A program made the position numbers and the translations under genes. Positions 38,614 through 46,861 of a DNA stretch of 60,258 bases are shown piece after piece; the stretch's first letter is position 1; each line of letters opens with the position of its first letter. The DNA lies in IMG/VR virus record IMGVR_UViG_3300009167_000009, positions 1 through 60,258 of that record. One strand, given 5' to 3'. The notes under the pieces were generated by a model. It searched no databases, was not told the origin of the DNA, and worked only from the letters and a program-made list of their open reading frames with translations. Source of the DNA: a virus (Duplodnaviria > Caudoviricetes).

Positions 38614-38796
38614 CTATTCCTCACGCACGAGCGTGACCTTCACCTCGGAAATCTCCTCGGGCAGCAACGCGTCGTTCGACCGGCTGCAATCGTGTGTCAG
38701 CTGCCGTGGGATGCTTTCCAGCAGCACGGCGATGGCCTCGTCGGGCGGGACCATGGCCTCGTCGGACACCAGAAACTCTACTTTGAACTGCCTCAT
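38614..38796 (-). CDS. hypothetical protein
   Basis: 60 aa downstream of a putative promoter. Confidence 0.5.
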   Translation of the reverse strand: MRQFKVEFLVSDEAMVPPDEAIAVLLESIPRQLTHDCSRSNDALLPEEISEVKVTLVREE

Positions 38797-38916
38797 ATAC
38801 GCACCGCCTTTCTGGAATCATCCCCTGCGTCGGCCGTGGCCGACACCATGATCGTCGCACAATCGAGGTAACTTGCAACCTACAAAATGTGCGACTTTGG
38901 CCTAAAAACGCACGAT

Positions 38917-39171
38917 TTAGCAGTGATCGCACGCCGACTGGATGGCCTCGGCCAACGTCGGCTTGAATTCCCCCTCCGCCGTGTGGTGGCCCCCGGCCCA
39001 GCTGGTGCCATCGGTGCTTGGCCCCCAGGCGTCGAAGGTTTCCCATGTCACTTGCCAGCCCATGCGCTCGTCACGCACGAAGCTGGTTTCGGTGCGGTGG
39101 TCCCACGATTCCTGCTGGAAGAGGGACAACAACGCGGCCACGTCTTTCTCGGTCACGGGCTGTGGTGTCAT
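38917..39171 (-). CDS. hypothetical protein
   Basis: 84 aa, GGAG RBS. Confidence 0.55.
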   Translation of the reverse strand: MTPQPVTEKDVAALLSLFQQESWDHRTETSFVRDERMGWQVTWETFDAWGPSTDGTSWAGGHHTAEGEFKPTLAEAIQSACDHC

Positions 39172-39174
39172 CGG

Positions 39175-39663
39175 TTACTCCAAGTAAAACCATCCCTCAT
39201 TGAACACGGGGAGCGTGGTCAAATCTTGCCACGGAGTCACCAGTGTGTAGATGGTGCCATTCTCGTGCGTGGACCCTGGCCCCACGACGTAGCCACCTTC
39301 GCCACGCACATCGAAGCGCGTGGCACGCGCATTGCGCTCACAGGGGGTGTTGGCCTGGTAGTAGAAGTGACGGCCGCGCCCCGTCAGCACCATCAGGGTA
39401 ATGGGCAAGTGTTGTTTGCACCACTCGACTTGCGTGGGGGTGTCGGCGTCCACGACCACCAGGTTAGAGATGGCCCCGGTCACCAGCCCGAGGTTATAGG
39501 GCATCCCCAACTTTGGGTCGAGGAAGCGGCGGTCCCATTCCGCGCATTGCTCGCGGGTGGGCCGCTCGGTCTGGTAGCGTTTCCACGGCATCAGCGGCAC
39601 CTTTTGTCGCTGCCGTAGCGGGATGGGGCACAGCCCCATGTCCCATGCCTCGGTGAAGGTCAT
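39175..39663 (-). CDS. stand-alone bifunctional primase-polymerase (Prim-Pol) domain
   Basis: KVP..W..YQ, NLGLVTG, VVVDAD, TGRGRHFYY, DVRGEGGYVVGPGS. Confidence 0.85.
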   Translation of the reverse strand: MTFTEAWDMGLCPIPLRQRQKVPLMPWKRYQTERPTREQCAEWDRRFLDPKLGMPYNLGLVTGAISNLVVVDADTPTQVEWCKQHLPITLMVLTGRGRHFYYQANTPCERNARATRFDVRGEGGYVVGPGSTHENGTIYTLVTPWQDLTTLPVFNEGWFYLE

Positions 39664-39879
39664 GTCACCACTCCTGTTCTTCGATGCCCCCGAATTGGCG
39701 GCTGCACTGGACCAGATACCGCGTCCACTCGCGGTTGAACTGCCGGCGAGGGCTGATGCGCCGGGGCGTTGGGCCTTCGGTGACGATGACTGGATCGATG
39801 GCCAGTCGCGGGTCGTCGGCCACCGCCAGCAACAGGTGGTCGGCGGCTTTTTCCAAGTGGTCGGACACGAATGCGGACT

Positions 39880-40236
39880 TCACAGTTTCACCCCATCGGG
39901 CAGGAATGCCGCCTTTCCGGGCGGTGCGGTGCGCTGCAGCTCATCCCATGCGCTCACGCACACGGGGCAGCCCGGTCCCTTCGTCACGAACGGAATCCAC
40001 AGCACTTTGCGGTCGTCGATCATGCCGTTTGCCAAGCGTAGACCGAATCGCTTGTTCGGCACGGGAGCCATGTGGCCCCGCGAGATGGTGCGCTCGCCCC
40101 AGACCGGGGTGCGTGCGCCGCAGTGGATGCACCGCACCAGCGGCGCCCCGGCTGCATCGAACGTGTACAGCGGTTCACGCTGCACAGGGACGGGGCGCAT
40201 CGGCTCCGTCCCGAGTTTGTCCCAATTCACGAGCAT
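39880..40236 (-). CDS. hypothetical protein
   Basis: 118 aa with two CxxC. Confidence 0.55.
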   Translation of the reverse strand: MLVNWDKLGTEPMRPVPVQREPLYTFDAAGAPLVRCIHCGARTPVWGERTISRGHMAPVPNKRFGLRLANGMIDDRKVLWIPFVTKGPGCPVCVSAWDELQRTAPPGKAAFLPDGVKL

Positions 40237-40314
40237 AATGTGAAGGTGCCCCTTTCCGGCCGGGATTCGGCCATACGATGATCATACGGCTCGTCCCGAC
40301 GCTTTGGAACTTTA

Positions 40315-40566
40315 TTAGTCGACTTCCCACACGTCGAGCAACGCGTCCAGCGTGTCGAACACTTCGACGGGTGCCTTGGGGTCGAAGCTGAACATGTTGG
40401 TCAAGTACACCTGCCAGCCAGCGGCGCGTGACTCGTCCAGCACGACGCCGATGCGCCGGTTCAGGCCGCGGTCGTGTGTCTTCACGGGGGCCATCAGAAA
40501 GGTCACCCACGCGTTCGGGTTCTGCAAGTAGCGGCGGTCTTCATTGCGTGTGTCGTCACTCATCAT
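40315..40566 (-). CDS. hypothetical protein
   Basis: 83 aa, AAGGAG RBS. Confidence 0.6.
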   Translation of the reverse strand: MMSDDTRNEDRRYLQNPNAWVTFLMAPVKTHDRGLNRRIGVVLDESRAAGWQVYLTNMFSFDPKAPVEVFDTLDALLDVWEVD

Positions 40567-40777
40567 CGTCTCCTTCGTATTCCCGCTGGCTCTGCGGGAT
40601 CAATTCCTGCCCGAACAGGTTGTAGTAGCGTCCGCACTCACACTCCGTGTCGTCGAACTGGATCGTGACTTCACGACCGCATGGGCAAGTGCCCACCGTG
40701 CGCTTCTTCGGCTTGATGCCGAGCGGGTCCGTATCGGTCGGGACCGTGAGCAAGATGGTGTGCTTATTCGTGAGCAT
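40556..40777 (-). CDS. hypothetical protein
   Basis: CxCG...CxCGRYYNLFGQEL; GGAGG RBS. Confidence 0.6.
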   Translation of the reverse strand: MLTNKHTILLTVPTDTDPLGIKPKKRTVGTCPCGREVTIQFDDTECECGRYYNLFGQELIPQSQREYEGDDDE

Positions 40778-40787
40778 TGTCCCTCCG

Positions 40788-41027
40788 TTAGTCCCGGTTC
40801 GGGAGCAGCCAGCGGTCGCCGTCCTGGGTCACGGCAATCCAAGTGCCATTCTTGCCTTCCAGGATAGCGAACATCCGGCCGTCCTGCAACGGACGTTCCC
40901 GTGTGATCTGCCAGTAGGTGGACCCGCTAAAGTAGCGGGGGTGGTCAAGAACCCGGACTGGTCGTTCCGGTCGCGCCACGATGCTGCCGCAGGTCGGGCA
41001 CGCGTAGCGTCGAGCAATGTCCCTCAT
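40788..41027 (-). CDS. hypothetical protein
   Basis: 79 aa, CxxC, ATGA overlap. Confidence 0.5.
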   Translation of the reverse strand: MRDIARRYACPTCGSIVARPERPVRVLDHPRYFSGSTYWQITRERPLQDGRMFAILEGKNGTWIAVTQDGDRWLLPNRD

Positions 41028-41362
41028 CGCACGCGCTCCTCAAAGAAATAGGCCACGGCGTCCCGTGCGGACTGGTCGCACGAGAGGTCAAAGTCCTTGT
41101 CGAGCTCAATCGTCCACCGGATCTCGCCGATGCCGTTGATGCTCGCGATGAAGTACGGGTACTGGTTCCCGTAGCCTCGCGGATACGCCACCGAGCCCTC
41201 GGGATCCCAGACCGCGACGTAGCTGTTGCCCCGAGGACTCCACCACACCGCGTCGGTGGAGTGCATGTGGGGCAGGGTGCGAGCGACGCCGTGCCCACCC
41301 AAGCTGGTGAGCGTGCGCCCCTCGCGCAACACGAACTGCCTTGCCATGATGTTGGCCTCCAT
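41024..41362 (-). CDS. hypothetical protein
   Basis: ORF in early cluster; start could be the later Met after GGAGG. Confidence 0.55.
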   Translation of the reverse strand: MEANIMARQFVLREGRTLTSLGGHGVARTLPHMHSTDAVWWSPRGNSYVAVWDPEGSVAYPRGYGNQYPYFIASINGIGEIRWTIELDKDFDLSCDQSARDAVAYFFEERVR

Positions 41363-41403
41363 TCCAGCGGCCCATCCGCTGGCATTAGCTCACGACCACG
41401 GAC

Positions 41404-41778
41404 CTACGAGATGCCGCCCTTGGCGCGGGGCATCTCGTTGAACAGTTCGGGCATCTGGCCCAGAATGGTGATGGACACCACGCTGGACAGGCCCACGGCC
41501 ACATCGTAGTTGCGGTCGGCCGGGGTGTACGTGAAGTACGCTTCGCCGTGCGCGTCTGGCCCAGACATGTAAAACCCCTGGGCAGTGGTTACGGTGACGG
41601 CGTTCGACTCCGCGTTGTGGATGAGCAACGTGACCCCTCGCGTGGCGGGGCGCACGCACGGCTCCGCATACGCAGGGACCGGCACGGCACGGTCCGCTTC
41701 CGTGGCGTAGACGGCCACATTCGGCTCGTCTGGGACCGGATACGCGGTCGGGACTGGGACGGGTCGCACTTTCTTCAT
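41404..41778 (-). CDS. hypothetical protein
   Basis: MKKVRPV start after GGAGG. Confidence 0.55.
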   Translation of the reverse strand: MKKVRPVPVPTAYPVPDEPNVAVYATEADRAVPVPAYAEPCVRPATRGVTLLIHNAESNAVTVTTAQGFYMSGPDAHGEAYFTYTPADRNYDVAVGLSSVVSITILGQMPELFNEMPRAKGGIS

Positions 41779-42107
41779 GACGCCCTCCGAACGGTGCGGT
41801 TGACTGAACGCGGCACGGTGTCGCAGCATGGGCCTGCCAACGCGGGGCGACCGCCGCCCACGTGGAGGCGTTGCGCGATGAGCCACGGGGCTGCCTTGTG
41901 GCACCGGGGGCACTGGAACCCGAACTGATTGGGACCGGGGAGCCACACGTCTCCCGGTTGGTGGACGGGCCTGGGGACTGTGATGGGTTGCGTGCTGGAC
42001 GGGGCGGATGCGCCCCTGCCCAGGCCGCGCCCGTTCCGGCCGATGACGGCGAGGGACCGGCGGCACCGGGAGGGGTCGAGGGTGAACGGCGGATGTGGTT
42101 TCTGCAT
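41775..42107 (-). CDS. hypothetical protein
   Basis: MQKPHPP start after AAGGA; CPRC; ATGA overlap. Confidence 0.45.
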   Translation of the reverse strand: MQKPHPPFTLDPSRCRRSLAVIGRNGRGLGRGASAPSSTQPITVPRPVHQPGDVWLPGPNQFGFQCPRCHKAAPWLIAQRLHVGGGRPALAGPCCDTVPRSVNRTVRRAS

Positions 42108-42919
42108 AGCGATTGTCCTTTCCCGGACGTGGGTGAGCTGCGGTGACGGGTCGGGTCGTGAGCTAATGGCAACGGACGGTGGACTGCGGAGTGGAGGGGT
42201 GGACCGGTGGGAAACAGGGGTCCGGTCGGCGGCACGCGCTGCGCGGCCGACCGGACCCGTGCTCTCACGTGCGCGGGTGCGCTCGGTTGGCCGTGTGCGA
42301 CAAGGATTTGGGCGACTTACCGCGACGTCAGCGAACCCACGGTTCCGACGACTGCGGCGACCGGCCGGGTGCGGGATCTTGGGCTTGGGTGCCTTGGTCC
42401 CCACGCATCCAGAGCTTGTCCGGTCCCTGTCTCGTCAGAATGTGTGCCACCCGCCGCACTGCGGCGAATGGTGCCGTGGGGGAACTGACGACCGCGCTGG
42501 GTCGCCGGGGCGCGTGTTTGCTGCGCGCCGGGTGTCTGCGCGTTGGTCACGGGTGCCACGACTGACAGATAAACCGCCCGGCCACCAACTTCGTTGGCGG
42601 CGTTGTGGCGTCCTGCGTGGCGTGTCCCGATCTGCGCAAACCCCTTCCCTTCCCCGTCGGGACCGTGGACGGACACGGCCCTGCCGATGCGGTTGTCAAA
42701 GCTGCGACGCCCACTCACGGTCCCGATTTCTGCGGCATGTAAGTCGGACGGGACGCGCCACATGGTTGCTGGCACGAAGCCGGTGGGGGCCGACGCGCAG
42801 ATGGCGTCGGCCGTGGGCGGTAGGACACCGATGGACTCGACTGTATACGGCGACGTGAGACGGACCCGTCCGTCCCCCGTCCGTCCGCCGCATCCGCCGT
42901 GTCCACATGCCATGTGGAC

Positions 42920-42955
42920 ATGGTATCAATCCTATTGGGGATAGCAACTACAAAA
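42920..42955 (-). promoter_or_regulatory. sigma70-like promoter with upstream TTTTGTAG motif
   Basis: TTTTGTAG-TTGCTA-N16-TACCAT with TG extension. Confidence 0.55.
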
Positions 42956-43539
42956 GGTGGACTGAAACCTACAAAAGTGTCTGACTTTTGTTCAGAAAAA
43001 CAGGGCGAGCCTGCTATGGAAGAAAGACGGACAGAGGGGAGAGTGGCATCCTCATTGCATGTGGTGAGGGAAAAGTAGGGGGAAGGGAAAGATTAAGTGT
43101 TAGCCAGTTTCGAGTTCTTCGAAGCCCTTCCGCTCGGTCTTTCTGACTACGATCTGGCCCTCAGGGGAGTCCTTTCTCCACGCGGTGTAGTTCTACAAAG
43201 CCTATACAGCTGAATACCGCCTCGCGAAGACTTTAAGCCCCTTATTCTACATCTTACTACGAGTGTAGACGAGATAAGGCTCACAAAGTGGAACATACCA
43301 CGCATCGTCCGCTTTATAGACTACATAAGGCTTGCTTACGCCTTTCTCCAGCCCAGCCTGGCCGAGACTGCCTATCGTCTTTCTGGAGTAGAGAATAGAT
43401 AAGGCTAGGGCTAGGTGGCGGCGGCTCCAGCGCGCGCTTCTAGCGCTAGCGCTCCCGGATCTCAGGCAAGCCCTAGGCGGCGATCCGAAGCCTCGCCCCT
43501 TCCTCAGGGGGAGCGGAGCAGAGGCTGGGCACCCGGCCG

Positions 43540-43580
43540 AAAAAAAACGACCGGACCGGCCGCGATGGCCGATCCGGCCG
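43540..43580 (-). terminator. intrinsic terminator
   Basis: - strand CGGCCGGATCGGCC-ATCGC-GGCCGGTCCGGTCG followed by T8. Confidence 0.85.
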
Positions 43581-43596
43581 TTTCCGGCCGTTCCGT

Positions 43597-43827
43597 TTAC
43601 CGCATGTTCACGTCGCGTAATGCCGCCAACGTCATCATGTCCGGCGATACATAACACGCGTCATGCACCCCGCAATCGGCGCGTCCGCACGCGGGCGCAT
43701 ATCGGCACGTCGCCATCCCATCCGCACAACGGCGGATGTTGCGGGCAATCGGGCATCCACGCCATAATCCCGGCACCCACGTTTCGACGAATACCCGAAT
43801 TCGGTATATGTTCATTGTCGTGTCCAT
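43597..43827 (-). CDS. small Cys-rich hypothetical protein (AG/CT-free gene 2)
   Basis: 76 aa; stops just before the terminator. Confidence 0.5.
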   Translation of the reverse strand: MDTTMNIYRIRVFVETWVPGLWRGCPIARNIRRCADGMATCRYAPACGRADCGVHDACYVSPDMMTLAALRDVNMR

Positions 43828-43871
43828 GGAAACGGCCGGATCCCGCGTATGGGATCCGGCCGATTGTCCGA

Positions 43872-44543
43872 TTACGCCGTTTTGGTGTCACGCCACACAC
43901 GGGCGGCCGTTTCCGCCATCGCATTGTTCATGCCGGGTGTGTCGTTGTGGTCGTGGGCGACGAAACGCCCGAACGTCGACGCGAAATAATCCGCGTGGGT
44001 TCGATAATCGCATTTCGTGGTCCCCAACACGAAACGCCACACGGCCGCGCCGAAATTCACCGGGATCCGTTTCCACGGGATCCCGGCAACCATGAACGCA
44101 ATGTAAATCGCGTTTTGTGTCCGGGCGATATCGGACCCGGATCCCAACGTATACCGGTGACCACGTGACGGTGCCGGGGTCGCGTCGGCCGCGTTCAACG
44201 CGTCGATCCACGCGTCAAACGATGCCGCGTTCCGATCCGTGTCCGGGATCCGATTCCACGCGACGTCAATTGTCGCGCACATCGGGCCGATCCACGCGGG
44301 GACGTTTCCGACATGTTCGGGAAACAATACCCGGAACGTGTCCGGAAACGTCGGCACGGCCGGAACGTCGACGGCCGGAACGTCGGGGACAATCCCGACC
44401 AACGTGTCGGCCGACGTGGACGTGTCGGCCGTGGACGTGTCGGCCGACGTGGTAACGATGTCGGCCGGAACGTCGGCCGTGGACGGTGCCGGGATGGCCG
44501 GTACCGTGTGCCGTTTCGAACCCCGAACGGAACGTGTGGGCAT
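43872..44543 (-). CDS. hypothetical protein with low-complexity N-terminus (AG/CT-free gene 1)
   Basis: 223 aa from MPTRSV; AG-free RBS GCGGGGA; TSAD/PADV repeats then a globular domain. Confidence 0.7.
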   Translation of the reverse strand: MPTRSVRGSKRHTVPAIPAPSTADVPADIVTTSADTSTADTSTSADTLVGIVPDVPAVDVPAVPTFPDTFRVLFPEHVGNVPAWIGPMCATIDVAWNRIPDTDRNAASFDAWIDALNAADATPAPSRGHRYTLGSGSDIARTQNAIYIAFMVAGIPWKRIPVNFGAAVWRFVLGTTKCDYRTHADYFASTFGRFVAHDHNDTPGMNNAMAETAARVWRDTKTA

Positions 44544-44653
44544 GTTGTTTCCCCGCGTCGTAACGTCGACGCAACCGTCCACGCCACACGACACGCATAC
44601 GCCGTTCGCGGGATTGCGTACGGCGGAAACGGGGTCGCGTGTCATGGCGACCG

Positions 44654-44733
44654 ACCAGTTCTTGAGCTGAAGCCCTAAAGTGGAAAAAGTGATTTTACCA
44701 GTTCTTAAGCTTGCCCCCTAAAGTGGGAAAAGT
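44654..44733. repeat. tandem 37 bp direct repeat (period 43)
   Basis: 44654-44690 versus 44697-44733, 31/37 identical. Confidence 0.85.
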
Positions 44734-44749
44734 CAATAAAGCTACGAGC

Positions 44750-44958
44750 AATTCAACTCACGTTTGGCGAACCCCCCCCGTGTCCGGTGGTGCGGCCCCA
44801 TTGATGGGAAGTCCCCCAATAACCACCCGATCTTATATGTCTTAAGTAATTTTTTTTTTTTAACTAAGGATCAATGATCATGGGGGCCAACCCGCCTTCC
44901 CCCATTACCGGCCCCCCTCCCCGCCCACCACGTCCATGTGCCAACCGTGAGGTGAATT
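44750..44958. repeat. palindromic origin-like element, copy 2
   Basis: aattcaactcacgtttggc ... gccaaccgtgaggtgaatt around an AT-rich core with T12; same architecture as 28481-28680. Confidence 0.75.
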
Positions 44959-45094
44959 CCGCATTTTTGAGCAAGTTTCCCCGCAATCCGTAAGTCCCCC
45001 CAATACAACAACTTACCAACTTCCTTCCCCTACTTAATCGCCGCCCCATCCCCCGAAAAAACCCGTCAAAAAAAGTGCGGCGATTTCCCCCCGA

Positions 45095-45105
45095 TGTGGT
45101 ATGAT
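45095..45105 (+). promoter_or_regulatory. extended -10 promoter, probably giving a leaderless mRNA
   Basis: TGTGG-TATGAT ending 6 nt before ATG at 45112. Confidence 0.5.
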
Positions 45106-45111
45106 CCCCCC

Positions 45112-45798
45112 ATGAGCGACCGCCCAACCGACCAAGCCCCGCCGCGCCCCGAATGCGCCCTTCCCGGATGCCAGTCGCCAGCGGCACGCCGCTACGACCG
45201 CCCTGGGAAGTATCGGCGGTGGTGCGACCGGCACACCCGCCGCACCGCACGGCACAAGACCCATCGCCGGGGCCGTCCCCCCATCGCACAGCCCCCGGAC
45301 CCCGACGCCCCCGATGCCCGCGTATGCCCGGTTCCAGGGTGTGTCCGCAAGCGCGAATTGCGGGGCCGTCACCCCACCACCGGCCACCCCATCTTCCGCT
45401 GGACGTGTCAAGCGCATCGGGGCGCGATTCCGAACCGCACCGTGCCGCCGCCCCCGCCAGCCAAGCCCCGCACGCCGTGGAAGCCACAAGTGGACGCCCC
45501 CGTCCACCCCTTGCCCATTCCCGCCCCCATCAAGACCAAGAAACATCGCGGCCCCACGCACACGCCGCTGGTCAACGCCCCCGTGTCCGTGCCCGCCGTG
45601 ACCGTGACCACGTCGAGCGACGGCACCTGGCAATTGAGCCGGGACGATGTCACCTTCTTGACCCAGCAACAGCGGCGCGGCACGCCCGCCTTCGAAGTCG
45701 GCATGTCCCCCCACCTCAGCCGCCCCCTGCCCACCAGTGTCGTGTATCGGGTCTGGGGGTTGATGAATCGCGAAGAACTTAAACTGGAGGACGTATGA
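45112..45798 (+). CDS. Pro/Arg-rich protein with two CxxPGC...CxxH Zn-finger-like motifs
   Basis: CALPGC..WCDRH and CPVPGC..TCQAH. Confidence 0.6.
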   Translation: MSDRPTDQAPPRPECALPGCQSPAARRYDRPGKYRRWCDRHTRRTARHKTHRRGRPPIAQPPDPDAPDARVCPVPGCVRKRELRGRHPTTGHPIFRWTCQAHRGAIPNRTVPPPPPAKPRTPWKPQVDAPVHPLPIPAPIKTKKHRGPTHTPLVNAPVSVPAVTVTTSSDGTWQLSRDDVTFLTQQQRRGTPAFEVGMSPHLSRPLPTSVVYRVWGLMNREELKLEDV

Positions 45799-46007
45799 AA
45801 CGGACGCGAATACAGGTGACCGTAGACATCCAGACCGAGGACGAGTGGGCGTCCGGGGGCATTGAACCCTGGCGCGTCAGTCGGGCTATCGTCTTGCCCG
45901 CCGCAGACCACATGAATCCGGAAGCGATACGCTCGGCAATACATGTCGTGTGTGACGAAGTCATCGGGAACACCGTCGAGTATCTCGGCCTGAGGTTCCC
46001 CGCATGA
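45795..46007 (+). CDS. hypothetical protein
   Basis: 70 aa, GGAGG RBS, ATGA overlaps. Confidence 0.55.
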   Translation: MKRTRIQVTVDIQTEDEWASGGIEPWRVSRAIVLPAADHMNPEAIRSAIHVVCDEVIGNTVEYLGLRFPA

Positions 46008-46243
46008 CCCTGGGCGTGCGACTGGTCGGACACAGCCCCCTGCACCCCCAGACCCAGGTCACCCTGGACGGGCAGGACATTACCCAATCCCTTCGTGGAC
46101 TGGCGATTCGGGCCTACGTCGGGGAATTGACGGAAGTCACGCTGGACCTGATTGGCGTCACCCTTGACACATCCCTTCAGGAGGTGTCCGTGCCGGTGCA
46201 ATACACGCTACCGTTTCCAGAAGCGGAGGCCGTCCGTGCGTAG
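46004..46243 (+). CDS. hypothetical protein
   Basis: 79 aa beta-rich, coupled. Confidence 0.55.
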   Translation: MTLGVRLVGHSPLHPQTQVTLDGQDITQSLRGLAIRAYVGELTEVTLDLIGVTLDTSLQEVSVPVQYTLPFPEAEAVRA

Positions 46244-46423
46244 CTCGACCGAGACCGTGGTGGAAGTGTACTGGGATCGGGACGGCTGGCGGTTTCGCAC
46301 CGTCCATACGCGACGGCAGCTGGGCGACACGAGTGTGCTCTATTCCAGTAAGACCAAATGCCTGCGGGACGCCCGGTTGTGGCACCCAGGCGTGCCGGTG
46401 GTCTTCATACCGAAGGAGAACGC

Positions 46424-46861
46424 ATGACACGGGAAGGCCGAGAGGAAGACCGGGAATATCTCGCCCTCGCCAAGCGCCTCGCCCACCTGGAGGCGGAGAA
46501 CACGGCGCTGAAGGCGGAGCAACGCGCTGATGGTCAAGCTATCGACCTATTGCGTGGGCAAAAGCATCAGGCCGAAGCCGGGCGCGACGCCCTCCACGCC
46601 GACCTCGCCAAAGCCCGTGCCTACATTGAGGCGGATAAGGACGCCCACTGTCTGCCGACCTGTGACTCGCGTGGCCACGACGCCAACTGCCCCTATGTCG
46701 ATGCGGTGGAACACTTCGCGCAAGTCAAGGCCGACCTCGCACGGGCGCGGGCGGTGCTGGAGACGGTGGTTGAGTGTGGGGCACATCCGTTTAGTGATTC
46801 CCTATACCTGATAGGGATAGACCGCGCCGCATGGCAGGCGTGGCGTGAGGGGAAGCCATGA
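46424..46861 (+). CDS. coiled-coil hypothetical protein
   Basis: MTREGRE start after AAGGAG. Confidence 0.55.
   Translation: MTREGREEDREYLALAKRLAHLEAENTALKAEQRADGQAIDLLRGQKHQAEAGRDALHADLAKARAYIEADKDAHCLPTCDSRGHDANCPYVDAVEHFAQVKADLARARAVLETVVECGAHPFSDSLYLIGIDRAAWQAWREGKP

Larger units (their letters stand above)
43527..44656. other. 1,130 bp segment completely devoid of AG and CT dinucleotides
   Basis: Read line by line: last CT at 43525-43526, next AG at 44657-44658, none between. Confidence 0.95.

Noticed and set aside
43247-43657. 136 aa - strand ORF spanning the AG/CT boundary
   Set aside because: Crosses a clear terminator and two compositionally opposite zones; no RBS or protein-like features.
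44360-44490. Short tandem repeats (cggccgacgtggacgtgt) as a CRISPR or iteron array
   Set aside because: In-frame low-complexity coding repeats with no unique spacers.
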